Source: an archaeon (lineage in GTDB: Archaea; Micrarchaeota; Micrarchaeia; Anstonellales; Anstonellaceae). From it: a DNA stretch of 64,000 nt. Below, piece by piece: positions 27,972 through 36,913 of the stretch. The position numbers were made by a program, and so were the translations under genes. The DNA is taken from positions 3,078-67,077 of the forward strand of contig JAGVHI010000007.1 in NCBI GenBank assembly GCA_020056635.1, written 5' to 3'. The notes below the pieces were generated by a model. That model was not told where the DNA came from, searched no databases, and saw only the letters and a program-made list of their open reading frames with translations. Each line of letters starts with the position of its first letter. The first letter of the stretch is position 1.

Positions 27972-29507
27972 TCACGCAGTTTCCCAAACCCTGCCCTTGC
28001 CACCATCTTCTTTTTTCAGCTGCACGCAAAGCTTCTTCCCAAGCGGGGTCGGGTATTTCTCTGTCAGGCACCCGAGGCAGAGCTCCTCTTTTGGCATCCC
28101 GATTGCAGCAACAAGCTCCTCGATTTTCTGGTACGCAAGCGAGTCCGCCCCGATAAGCTTGCAAATCTCGTCAACCGAATGCTCAACCGCAACCAGCTCC
28201 TTGTAAGTGGGCAAGTCAATCCCATAGAAGCACGGGCCGACAATCGGGGGGCACGTAATCCTCACATGTATCTCCTTTGCTCCCGCATCCCTAAGCAGCT
28301 TCACAATCGGGCCCGATGTGGTGCCGCGCACTATGCTATCATCCACAAGCACGACCTTTTTCCCTTCCACAAGCGGCACCACTGCATTCAGCTTGAGCCG
28401 CACCGCATCCTCTCGCTTGCTCTGGCTCCCCATGATGAATGTCCTTCCCACGTAGCGGTTCTTGATAAGCCCCTCCACAAGCTCTATTCCGCTTGCCTGC
28501 GAATAGCCAAGCGCAGCAGGCCGCGCAGTATCCGGTACAGGGATTACAATATCCGCCTGCACAGGCGCGGTTTTTGCAAGCCTTCTTCCCAGCTCCACCC
28601 TTGCTTCATACACCAATTTCCCATCAAGGTTCGAATCTGGCCTTGCGAAATAGACATATTCGAACATGCAGTGCGCCTGCCTCACCCGCTTTAGCACTCT
28701 TCTCTCCACCCTCCCCGCTTCAGAAACAACCATCACTTCCCCTGGTTCAAGGAATCCCGAAAGCGGGAGCCTATCTATATCGAATGCGACCGATTCGGAA
28801 GCCACTGCAAAGCACTCTTTTGTCTGCGAATAGCATATGGGCTTTATGGCGTACGGGTCGCGCATAGCAACCAATTTCCCATCCACAATCATAACCACCG
28901 AATATGCGCCATCGATTGTTTCCATGCAAGCTTTCGCAGCCTCGAATATATCCTTCTTTTCCCGGTATGCAGATGCAAACTCCTTTAGTATCCCTTCCGC
29001 ATCGCAGGTGGAATCGAACTTCCATTTCCTTTCCTCAAGCGAGCGGCGCAATGACCCGAAATTCGCAACGTTCCCATTATGCGCAAGCGCAATCCCCTCC
29101 CCTGCCTTAAGGCACATGGGCTGCGCATCCGCAACAGTGCACTCCCCAACCGTGGGGTACCGCACATGCCCGATTCCAATTGCCCCAGGCATTTTTTCCA
29201 GGCTCCCTTTGCGGAAAACGTCATCTACCTGCCCGATTCCCTTGTGCGAGCGGACCTTTTTCCCGTCAAAAACAGCCATGCCTGCGGAATCCTGCCCCCT
29301 GTGCTGGAGCGCAATAAGCCCCTTGTACACATATGGGGCAACCTGCTCTCCGCTAAAGGAATAGATGCCGAAAATCCCGCATGACTCCTTCAAAGAGTAA
29401 TCCTTATCGCTTCGTGATTCCGCTTGCGCGGAATACGCCCCCGAACCTTCGGTTCCCGGTCGCGATAGGTCCCTCAAGCCTTCAGCTTGCTGGTCGTTAG
29501 TGCTCAT
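27972..29507 (-). CDS. purF: Amidophosphoribosyltransferase
   Basis: Propeptide followed by the CGIFGI nucleophile. Ntn-GATase and PRTase domains (VLVDDSIVRGTT). Confidence 0.95.
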   Translation of the reverse strand: MSTNDQQAEGLRDLSRPGTEGSGAYSAQAESRSDKDYSLKESCGIFGIYSFSGEQVAPYVYKGLIALQHRGQDSAGMAVFDGKKVRSHKGIGQVDDVFRKGSLEKMPGAIGIGHVRYPTVGECTVADAQPMCLKAGEGIALAHNGNVANFGSLRRSLEERKWKFDSTCDAEGILKEFASAYREKKDIFEAAKACMETIDGAYSVVMIVDGKLVAMRDPYAIKPICYSQTKECFAVASESVAFDIDRLPLSGFLEPGEVMVVSEAGRVERRVLKRVRQAHCMFEYVYFARPDSNLDGKLVYEARVELGRRLAKTAPVQADIVIPVPDTARPAALGYSQASGIELVEGLIKNRYVGRTFIMGSQSKREDAVRLKLNAVVPLVEGKKVVLVDDSIVRGTTSGPIVKLLRDAGAKEIHVRITCPPIVGPCFYGIDLPTYKELVAVEHSVDEICKLIGADSLAYQKIEELVAAIGMPKEELCLGCLTEKYPTPLGKKLCVQLKKEDGGKGRVWETA

Positions 29508-29549
29508 ACAATATTAGCTCCTCATCCTGCTTTTAAATCATGCTCCAAA

Positions 29550-30350
29550 TCAAATAAATTTCTGGGCATATTTGACAAATCCCGAATAAATCTGCAGCCC
29601 GCTCCCTTCCTCTGTCCTCTCTCCCCTAGTCCACCTCGGGTGCTGCGTATGCCTCACATTGCACTCCGGGTGCGGCATGAAGCAAAGCACATTCCCCTCC
29701 TTGTTGCAAACCCCTGCAATATCATCAACAGCCCCGTTCGGGTTGTAAGGATACCCTGCCCCGCTCTCCAGCTTCTCATTCACGTACCGAAGCGCAATCA
29801 ATCCCTCTTTTTTCATGGCCCCAAGCGTCTCCTCATCTTTCGGAATGAACTGCCCCTCCCCGTGCCTGACTGGCGCATAAACCCATTTCACTCCTGTTAG
29901 GAATTTGCACGGGCTCTTTTCCACTCTCAAATAAACCCACCTGTTCTCAAACCTGCCAAGCGTGTTTGCAGACAGGTTCGCCTCCCCTGAGAGCTTGCCT
30001 GCCAAATCAGGCACGAGCCCCAGTTTTGTGAGCACCTGGAACCCGTTGCATATTCCCATAATAGGCTTTTTCGCAATCCGAAACTCATCAAGCTGCTCCC
30101 GAAGCGAATGCCTCATCTTGTTCGCAAGCACGCTTCCTGCCGCAATATTGTCCCCAAAAGACCAGCCGCCCGGCACAATAAACCCATGTGCATCCCCAAG
30201 CTTCACAGCCCCGCTCTCAATTCTCGCAAGGTGCACTATCCTTCCCTCCCCGCCCGCAAGCTCCACTGCATTTGCAGTCTCATGCTCGCAATTGAGCCCG
30301 AACCCGGAAAGGACATATACAATCGGTTTTTTTGCCATGAACATTATCAA
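29550..30350 (-). CDS. purQ: Phosphoribosylformylglycinamidine synthase, glutaminase subunit
   Basis: GICNGFQ nucleophile motif and MPHPE-type His region. The start could instead be the ATG at 30338. Confidence 0.85.
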   Translation of the reverse strand: MIMFMAKKPIVYVLSGFGLNCEHETANAVELAGGEGRIVHLARIESGAVKLGDAHGFIVPGGWSFGDNIAAGSVLANKMRHSLREQLDEFRIAKKPIMGICNGFQVLTKLGLVPDLAGKLSGEANLSANTLGRFENRWVYLRVEKSPCKFLTGVKWVYAPVRHGEGQFIPKDEETLGAMKKEGLIALRYVNEKLESGAGYPYNPNGAVDDIAGVCNKEGNVLCFMPHPECNVRHTQHPRWTRGERTEEGSGLQIYSGFVKYAQKFI

Positions 30351-30387
30351 TCCATTCTTTTCATGCCAGCCTCGCGCACACTCTCCA

Positions 30388-33336
30388 TTACCATCTCATG
30401 CTTTTTTGCCAAGCTTCTTTGAGCTCGCTTAATTTCCTGCGCACAAGCTCCTGCCCGTTTCGTACAATTACCAACTCACCGCCTGCATCCGTTTCCCCGA
30501 TTTTTGCGCAAGCGCAGCCTGAAAAGATTTTTTCAAACTCCGCCTCGCTCCCCTTTTTCACGCTTGCAACAAACCTTCCAGCCGATTCGGAAAACAGCAG
30601 CTTTTCATCAGCCAGCCTACCATCACACAGAACCTTTTCCAAATCAACCCTGCATCCAACTTCCCCTGCAAACGCGCTTTCCGCAAGCGCAACCCCCAGC
30701 CCGCCATCCGAGCAGTCATGGCACGAGCTTACAATCCCTCTTTCCATAGCCCGATTCAGAGCAGAATACAGTTTCCTGTTCCTCTCGAAATCAACTTTTG
30801 GGACATTCGCCCCAATCTCTCCAGCTTGTGCGTAATATTCGCTTCCCCCGCACTCATCCGTCGTAATCCCAAGTGCATACACCGATTCCCCAGCTCGCTT
30901 GAAATCCATAGTGACAGCCTTCCCTATGTCCTTTATTTTCGCAACAGCGCTCACAAGCAGTGTGGGCGGAACCGAAATCCCAACCCCCCCGTGCCTATAA
31001 TCATTCTTCATCGAATCCTTGCCTGAAATAAGCGGAACCCCGTACGCAACGCACCCGTCATATAACGCCTGATTCGCCCTGACCAGTTGCGCAAGCTTGT
31101 GCTTCCCCCGAGGGTTCTCTTTCGAATAAATCGGGTCGGTCCAGCAGAAATTGTCAAGCGCAGAGAGTTCCCCAACATCCCCCCCAGTCGCAACAATGTT
31201 GCGCACAGCCTCATCCAATGCGTTTGCAGCCATCCAATACGCATCAATATCCGAATATTTCGGGCAAATCCCGTTTGAAATCACAAGCCCCTCATTGCTC
31301 CCGAACACTGGCGCAATCACTGCGGCATCGGACGGCCCGTCATTTTTTGCGCCAGTGAGCGGTTTCACCACGCTTGCCCCCTGCACCTCATGGTCATACT
31401 GCCTTACCACATATTCCTTTGAGCAAACGTTCCAGCGCGAGAGAATCTGCAGCAGGATTTCCCCAAGCCCGCTTTTGGGTTTCACTGCCGGCTCCGATAA
31501 TGCAGGCTCCTTCCACTCAGCTTCCAATTCCATTTTCGGAACCCCTGAATGGAAGAATTCCATTTCCAAATAAGTGACCGGCTTTCCCTTGTATTTCACA
31601 ATGAAATGCCCGGAATTTGTGAACTCCCCCAAATCCGTTGCTTCCACGCTGTGAATTTTTGCAAGGTCGCAGAATTCCTTCGCATTCTCCTTTGGCACTG
31701 CAAATGTCATCCTTTCCTGCGATTCGGAAACCAGGATTTCCCAAGGCTGCAATCCAGGGTACTTGAGAGGCGCAAGCGCCAAATCCATGTCACAGCCCCC
31801 ACTCTCCCTTGCCATCTCCCCAACTGAGGATGACAATCCCCCCGCCCCGTCATCAGTGACCGCATTATACAGCAGCCTGTCCCTTGCCTCAAGCAGGAAG
31901 TCCGTTACTTTTTTCTGGGTGTACGGGTCCCCAAGCTGCACAGCGCTTGTTGGCGAATCCTCATTTAGCGATTCTGAAGAGAATGTTGCACCATGTATCC
32001 CATCCGCGCCCACTCTCCCGCCAACCATGAATATCCTGTCGCCAATCCTAGCTGCTTTCCTGTGCGTTTCCCTTCCCTTTATTTTCGCAGGCATCAGCCC
32101 GCCAGTTCCGCAGTACACAAGCGGCTTTCCCAAATACCGCTTGTCACAAACAATGGAACCATTCACAGTTGGAATGCCGCTGGCATTCCCTCCCCTTTCA
32201 ACCCCGCTTCGTACTCCCTCAAAAACCCTTTTTGGGTGGAATAATTTCGGCGGAATCTCCCCCGGATAATCAGGAGGCGCAAAGCAGAACACATCTGTGT
32301 TGAATATAGGTTTGGCTCCCAACCCGGCCCCAAGCACATCCCTGTTCACTCCCAATATCCCTGTGAGCGCCCCTCCGTAAGGGTCAAGTGCTGAGGGCGA
32401 ATTGTGCGTTTCCACTTTGAACGCAAAGTTCCAGTTTGAGTCGAATTTCACAATCCCCGCATTGTCGGAAAACACTGAAACAATCCAATTCTTCCCTTTT
32501 GATGCCTTTTCAGTCGCCGCAACAATGTATGTTTTGAAAAGTGAATCAATTACCTTTGCCTTCCCGCCCTCGCTGTATTTTATTCTTGCATTGAAAATTT
32601 TGTGCTTGCAGTGCTCGCTCCAAGTTTGCGCAATCGCTTCCAATTCCGCATCAGTCGGCCATTTCGGCAAACCGATTTTTTTCCGCTTTGAAGCAACCTC
32701 GGGTTTCAAAAAGTGCGCCCTTACTGCTTCCATTTCTGTTTGCGTTAGCGCAAGCAGCCTTTGCTTGCTTATATCTAGAAGCGCCCCTTCCTCCTCAAGT
32801 GAAACCTCCCCAACCCTAATTCCCGCAGCAAGCCTCATTCTTGGGATTGCAGGCTCAATCGCGCTGTTTGAAATTTTCGAGAACACCCGAAACTCCTGTA
32901 TTAGCGGGTTTGCGAGCAAATCGCACGCAATCCTCTCAGCATCAGGCTGTGAGATAGCTCCTGAAATGTGATAAAGCTTTGATGAATATACCCCGCCTGC
33001 CAATTTTTTCCCCAGCATTTCCTCAATCGCCCCGCGCGCAGCTTCCCCCACATCATCCTTCACTCCAGCACGGAACGATACTCTGATGCACCAGTCAAAC
33101 TTCGCTGAAGACGGCTTGTTCACTGAAAAGTTCTGCGTTATCTGGTCCGAGAGCAGCTCAAGCCCGATTTTTCTTAGTTCAGCCTCGCCAAGGCTGGTGT
33201 CAATCGCATAGATATCCACCACGCGCACGGAGCGCACCCCAACAATTCCCAGCTCGCTTACAATTCTATTTTGCAGGGAATTGCCGGCAGGATCCGCAAA
33301 AGAAGGCTTGAGCGCAACCTCTAACCAACAGGTCAT
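30388..33336 (-). CDS. purL: Phosphoribosylformylglycinamidine synthase II fused to two N-terminal PurS-like repeats
   Basis: Residues ~1-80 and ~83-165 each resemble PurS (LEVALKPSFADPAGNSL...LLSDQITQNFSV; IRVSFRAGVKDDVGEAA...DLLANPLIQEFRVF). These are followed by PurL motifs (AQTWSEHCKHKIF, two AIR-synthase-like repeats). Confidence 0.9.
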   Translation of the reverse strand: MTCWLEVALKPSFADPAGNSLQNRIVSELGIVGVRSVRVVDIYAIDTSLGEAELRKIGLELLSDQITQNFSVNKPSSAKFDWCIRVSFRAGVKDDVGEAARGAIEEMLGKKLAGGVYSSKLYHISGAISQPDAERIACDLLANPLIQEFRVFSKISNSAIEPAIPRMRLAAGIRVGEVSLEEEGALLDISKQRLLALTQTEMEAVRAHFLKPEVASKRKKIGLPKWPTDAELEAIAQTWSEHCKHKIFNARIKYSEGGKAKVIDSLFKTYIVAATEKASKGKNWIVSVFSDNAGIVKFDSNWNFAFKVETHNSPSALDPYGGALTGILGVNRDVLGAGLGAKPIFNTDVFCFAPPDYPGEIPPKLFHPKRVFEGVRSGVERGGNASGIPTVNGSIVCDKRYLGKPLVYCGTGGLMPAKIKGRETHRKAARIGDRIFMVGGRVGADGIHGATFSSESLNEDSPTSAVQLGDPYTQKKVTDFLLEARDRLLYNAVTDDGAGGLSSSVGEMARESGGCDMDLALAPLKYPGLQPWEILVSESQERMTFAVPKENAKEFCDLAKIHSVEATDLGEFTNSGHFIVKYKGKPVTYLEMEFFHSGVPKMELEAEWKEPALSEPAVKPKSGLGEILLQILSRWNVCSKEYVVRQYDHEVQGASVVKPLTGAKNDGPSDAAVIAPVFGSNEGLVISNGICPKYSDIDAYWMAANALDEAVRNIVATGGDVGELSALDNFCWTDPIYSKENPRGKHKLAQLVRANQALYDGCVAYGVPLISGKDSMKNDYRHGGVGISVPPTLLVSAVAKIKDIGKAVTMDFKRAGESVYALGITTDECGGSEYYAQAGEIGANVPKVDFERNRKLYSALNRAMERGIVSSCHDCSDGGLGVALAESAFAGEVGCRVDLEKVLCDGRLADEKLLFSESAGRFVASVKKGSEAEFEKIFSGCACAKIGETDAGGELVIVRNGQELVRRKLSELKEAWQKSMRW

Positions 33337-33386
33337 ATTCCCACAATTACTATTAGCGAATAAAGTTTATGAACCCATTCCCAACT

Positions 33387-34001
33387 CTACGCGCTAACTT
33401 TCAAAATGCTCCCAATAATGAATCCTGCAACCGCCGCAAGCGCTCCGACCCCTACCATCTCCAGCCCTGCAATTTTCCAGCTTCCAAGAGTGAATTTGGC
33501 TTTCACTACCCCGGTTGCAAACAGCACCAAAACCGAGAGCGCAAGCGAAACGGCTGCAGCCTGCATCACTGGCAGGAGGAAATACGGCGCAAGCGGCACA
33601 GCAGAGCCTATCATTGTTGAGAACCAGACCCTCGCCCCCCGCTTTAGCGGCCCAGCGCTTCCCTCATCCTCTATGTTCGCAAGCAGCTTCCTTTTCGCAA
33701 ACTCCAGCCTCACGCCAGTTAGCCCGCTCTTCGCAAGCATTGCATCCACTTCCTTCCTGCCAAAATCCGCCTCTCTTGCATTCTTCACCTCATAATGCAT
33801 CGCAGCCTTCGCCGAAGTGTATGCGCACGCGCCCATGGAAATCGATTCCGCAAACATCGCAGCAAGCCCGGAAACTATTACAAGGTGCGGGTCTGTGGTT
33901 GATGCGAACACTCCAAGCGAGAGCCCCAGCACATTGACCAGCCCGTCCTGCCCTCCGAGTATCGCGTCCTGCAAGTAAGCCGCGTTCCTTTGCAAAACCA
34001 T
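33387..34001 (-). CDS. VIT1/CCC1-family membrane protein (iron/manganese transporter-like)
   Basis: ILGGQDGLVNVLGLSLG motif and C-terminal TM helices. Confidence 0.75.
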   Translation of the reverse strand: MVLQRNAAYLQDAILGGQDGLVNVLGLSLGVFASTTDPHLVIVSGLAAMFAESISMGACAYTSAKAAMHYEVKNAREADFGRKEVDAMLAKSGLTGVRLEFAKRKLLANIEDEGSAGPLKRGARVWFSTMIGSAVPLAPYFLLPVMQAAAVSLALSVLVLFATGVVKAKFTLGSWKIAGLEMVGVGALAAVAGFIIGSILKVSA

Positions 34002-34013
34002 TCAATAATCCCC

Positions 34014-35324
34014 TTACGGATAAGCCCGGTTAATCGTCCTCGGGAACGGAATCGCATCCCGGATATGCTCAAGGTTAAGCATCCATTTCACCAGCCTTTC
34101 AATTCCCAATCCAAACCCTGAGTGCTGGACGCTCCCATATTTCCTCAAGTCAATATACCACTGGTAATCCTTCACATCCAATTTCTGCTCATCCACCCTT
34201 TGCATAAGCTCATCCAGTTCCCAAATCCTCTCGCTCCCGCCGATTATCTCCCCATGCCCCTGTGGCGCAAGCAAATCGTTTGAGAGCACTGTATCCGGCT
34301 TATCCGGGTCCTCTCGCATATAGAATGCTTTGAAAGCTTTGGGGTGGTTGTGCACAAATATCGGAATTTTCGCATCTTTTGTGAGCTCCGCTTCCTCATC
34401 CGCTCCCATATCCTGCCCGTATTCTATTTTCAATCCCTTTGCCTGCAATTTCTCAATCGCCTTGGAGTAGTCAATTCTCGGGAACGGCCCCTTCACCAAA
34501 AGCAAATCCTTTGGGTCCCTGCCCACCGCTTCCAGTATTTCAGGGTGCTCCTTTGCCATCTTGTGGCATACGAACTCAATCATCTCCTCCTGCAATTCCA
34601 TATTCATTTTCTGCGAATAGAACGCCATCTCCGGCTCAAGGTGCCAATACTCAGCCAAGTGCCTAATCGTTCGCGAGGGTTCCGCGCGGAATGAGGGCGC
34701 CAATATGAAAATATTTTCCAATGAGAACGAAAACACTTCCCCATACATTTGCCCGCTCTGCGAAAGGTATGCAGCCTCCCCGAAATAATCCACCTCAAAT
34801 AGGGTTGCCCCTCCCTCGCACGCGCTCCGGGTAATTATTGGGGGTGTGCACTCAAAGAAATCATGCTCGAAAAAGAACTGCCTCAAATACCTGGTGATAT
34901 AGTCCCTCCCTTTCATCACGTTCGTAAGCTTTTGCGACCGCAGCCACAAATGCCGTGTATCAAGCAAAAATTCCACAGATTGGTCCTTTGCAATCGGGAA
35001 CGCTTCCCCCACAAATATTGCATGGAATCCATCCACCCCAAGCTCGAATCCGCCCGGAGCTCTCTTATCCTCTTTCACTGTTCCTGAGCATTCCACTGCA
35101 GATTCAACAAAAACAGAGGTTGCATCCTTCCAGCCCTTCTCATCCACTCCATCCTTTTTCACTGCGCACTGGAGCACCCCGGCCGCATCCCGAATCACTA
35201 CAAACACAAGCCCACCAGAACTCCTCATCCTGTGTACCCAGCCCCTTATTTTCACCTTCTTGCCAGTGAACTTTCCTGCAAGTATTTCGCCTATTTTCAC
35301 ATATTCGGAACCTTTCTCTTTCAT
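34014..35324 (-). CDS. asnS: Asparaginyl-tRNA synthetase
   Basis: OB-fold N-terminus, FRAEPSRTIRHLAEYWHLEPEMAF, KAFKAFYM, GFGLGIERL, and a C-terminal ...RTINRAYP. Confidence 0.9.
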   Translation of the reverse strand: MKEKGSEYVKIGEILAGKFTGKKVKIRGWVHRMRSSGGLVFVVIRDAAGVLQCAVKKDGVDEKGWKDATSVFVESAVECSGTVKEDKRAPGGFELGVDGFHAIFVGEAFPIAKDQSVEFLLDTRHLWLRSQKLTNVMKGRDYITRYLRQFFFEHDFFECTPPIITRSACEGGATLFEVDYFGEAAYLSQSGQMYGEVFSFSLENIFILAPSFRAEPSRTIRHLAEYWHLEPEMAFYSQKMNMELQEEMIEFVCHKMAKEHPEILEAVGRDPKDLLLVKGPFPRIDYSKAIEKLQAKGLKIEYGQDMGADEEAELTKDAKIPIFVHNHPKAFKAFYMREDPDKPDTVLSNDLLAPQGHGEIIGGSERIWELDELMQRVDEQKLDVKDYQWYIDLRKYGSVQHSGFGLGIERLVKWMLNLEHIRDAIPFPRTINRAYP

Positions 35325-35343
35325 ACTCGCACCTTTCGAATGG

Positions 35344-35397
35344 AAACAATAAAAAACGGAGCATCACGGAGCCGCGGAGGGGGGTTGCACCCCCTCC
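35344..35397 (-). terminator. GC-rich hairpin (8-bp stem GGAGGGGG/CCCCCTCC, 6-nt loop) followed by a T-tract on the transcribed strand
   Basis: The stem pairs 35376-35383 with 35390-35397. On the minus strand TTTTTTATTGTTT (35344-35356) lies ~20 nt downstream. It sits between the asnA-like stop and the asnS SD (AGGTG). Confidence 0.45.
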
Positions 35398-35427
35398 CCA
35401 GTTTGGCGTTCCTCCTGACCCCCCCAA

Positions 35428-36372
35428 TCAAACAACTACTGCCTCTCCAGGCACCCTCCTAAACATCTGCACATCCCCAACATGCGTTGCTCCTGAGAGA
35501 TACCTCACCAATCTTTCGATCCCGAACCCCCCTCCTGCCGAAGGCACCAGCCCCTCTTTTGCAAGCTCAAGGTAAGCCTCATATCTGCCAGCATCCAGCA
35601 TGTCCTTCCCAATCCTTCCAACTATCCTTGAATATTCATGCTCCCTTTCCGCTCCGCTCAACGCTTCCCCAAACCCCTCAGGGTAAACCAAATCGTAGTT
35701 CAGGTAGTGCCCTTCCTCTTCTGGGTCCTCCTTGTCATAAAACTCGCGCTTATGGCAAACAGCCCAGAATGGGGATTTGTGCGCAAGTGAAGCGACAGTT
35801 TCCCAATCCTCCCCGAATTTTTCTTTCAGTTCATGTGTCGTATATATCGGAAAAGCCCCATCAAATTCTAGCAGTTCCCTACCGAGCGCAGCAAACTCTT
35901 CCCTGCACGCAACCCTCGTATGTTCCACCACGCCCCGCACGAATTCATCCATCAATGCAAACACATCTTCCTTTTTCGCATGAGCAATCTCGAAATCCAA
36001 TTGGGAGAACTCGAACAGGTGCTTTCCGCTCTTCCCCCTTTTCGGATGCTCAAGCCTCACGTTCGGCGAAATTATGAACAGCTTTTCCACCCCCTCTTTC
36101 ACAGCTAATTGCTTGTGCAGTATCATTGATTGCGTAAGCGACAGCCTTTGCCCCAGATATTCTATCTCTCCAGTTTTGATTACGCTGCTTCCCGGATCAG
36201 GCCCGAGCGGGTCTGTAATAGGGGACAGGATTACGGGCATCAATTGCACAAACCCTTTCCTATGGAAAAAGTCTGTTGAATAGCGCAGCACTTCAGAAGT
36301 TATTTTTGCATAAGCCTTTCGTTTTCCCGCATCTTCCACCAATATCACCTGGAATCCTTGCGCTTTTTCCAT
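35428..36372 (-). CDS. asnA: Archaeal-type asparagine synthetase A (AsnRS catalytic-core paralog lacking the anticodon-binding domain)
   Basis: Class II aaRS core motifs (FEFSQLDFE, GGGFGIERL) in a 314-aa protein that has no OB-fold N-domain. Confidence 0.75.
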   Translation of the reverse strand: MEKAQGFQVILVEDAGKRKAYAKITSEVLRYSTDFFHRKGFVQLMPVILSPITDPLGPDPGSSVIKTGEIEYLGQRLSLTQSMILHKQLAVKEGVEKLFIISPNVRLEHPKRGKSGKHLFEFSQLDFEIAHAKKEDVFALMDEFVRGVVEHTRVACREEFAALGRELLEFDGAFPIYTTHELKEKFGEDWETVASLAHKSPFWAVCHKREFYDKEDPEEEGHYLNYDLVYPEGFGEALSGAEREHEYSRIVGRIGKDMLDAGRYEAYLELAKEGLVPSAGGGFGIERLVRYLSGATHVGDVQMFRRVPGEAVVV

Positions 36373-36396
36373 TACTTATATTTTCTCCAATAAAAT

Positions 36397-36411
36397 TTGG
36401 AATTACTCCAA
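36397..36411. promoter_or_regulatory. Palindromic box 1, TTGGAATTACTCCAA (candidate Lrp/AsnC operator)
   Basis: TTGGA-N5-TCCAA inverted repeat in the 82-bp divergent intergenic region. An extra TCCAA half-site lies at 36386-36390. Confidence 0.5.
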
Positions 36412-36437
36412 TTAATCGCAACTATTTTAAGCATTTA

Positions 36438-36452
36438 TTGGAAATTATCCAA
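36438..36452. promoter_or_regulatory. Palindromic box 2, TTGGAAATTATCCAA (candidate Lrp/AsnC operator)
   Basis: Identical to box 1 at 15 of 18 positions when both are extended to ...CCAATTA. Lies between the TATA-like TATTTTAA (36423-36430) and the regulator ATG (36455). Centres are 41 bp apart. Confidence 0.5.
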
Positions 36453-36454
36453 TT

Positions 36455-36907
36455 ATGGAAACAAAAGTTGACGAAAAAGACCTGGAAATACTCTCAATAC
36501 TCGAAAAGAACGCGAAAACAAGGATACACCTTATTGCAAAAAAGCTCCATCTCCCGCCTTCTACTGTGCATCATCGCATAAAACGAATGGAGGAAGCGGG
36601 AATAATTTCCGGCTGGGGCGTGCGGAAAAATTATTCTAAGCTCGGGCTTAAGGTGAAAGCATACGTGATGGTATTTGTAGACGTGACCGCACTCAAGCAC
36701 ATGAAAAAAACGCAGAAAGATATCGCCGGAGCTATTCGGAAAATCGAAAATGTTGAATGCGCAGACATTATTACTGGCGATTCCGACTTGCTCGTTTGCG
36801 TGAGGTGCAAGGATATTGAAGATTTCCAGAAAGTATTACTTGGAAAGCTCCAATCAATTGAAGGGATTACAAAAACAAAAACATTGATGGTGATAGGTGA
36901 GAGTTGA
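36455..36907 (+). CDS. Lrp/AsnC-family transcriptional regulator
   Basis: N-terminal HTH (LDEKDLEILSILEKNAKTRIHLIAKKLHLPPSTVHHRIKRMEEAGII) plus a RAM-type C-terminal domain. Confidence 0.9.
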   Translation: METKVDEKDLEILSILEKNAKTRIHLIAKKLHLPPSTVHHRIKRMEEAGIISGWGVRKNYSKLGLKVKAYVMVFVDVTALKHMKKTQKDIAGAIRKIENVECADIITGDSDLLVCVRCKDIEDFQKVLLGKLQSIEGITKTKTLMVIGES

Positions 36908-36913
36908 ATTTCC

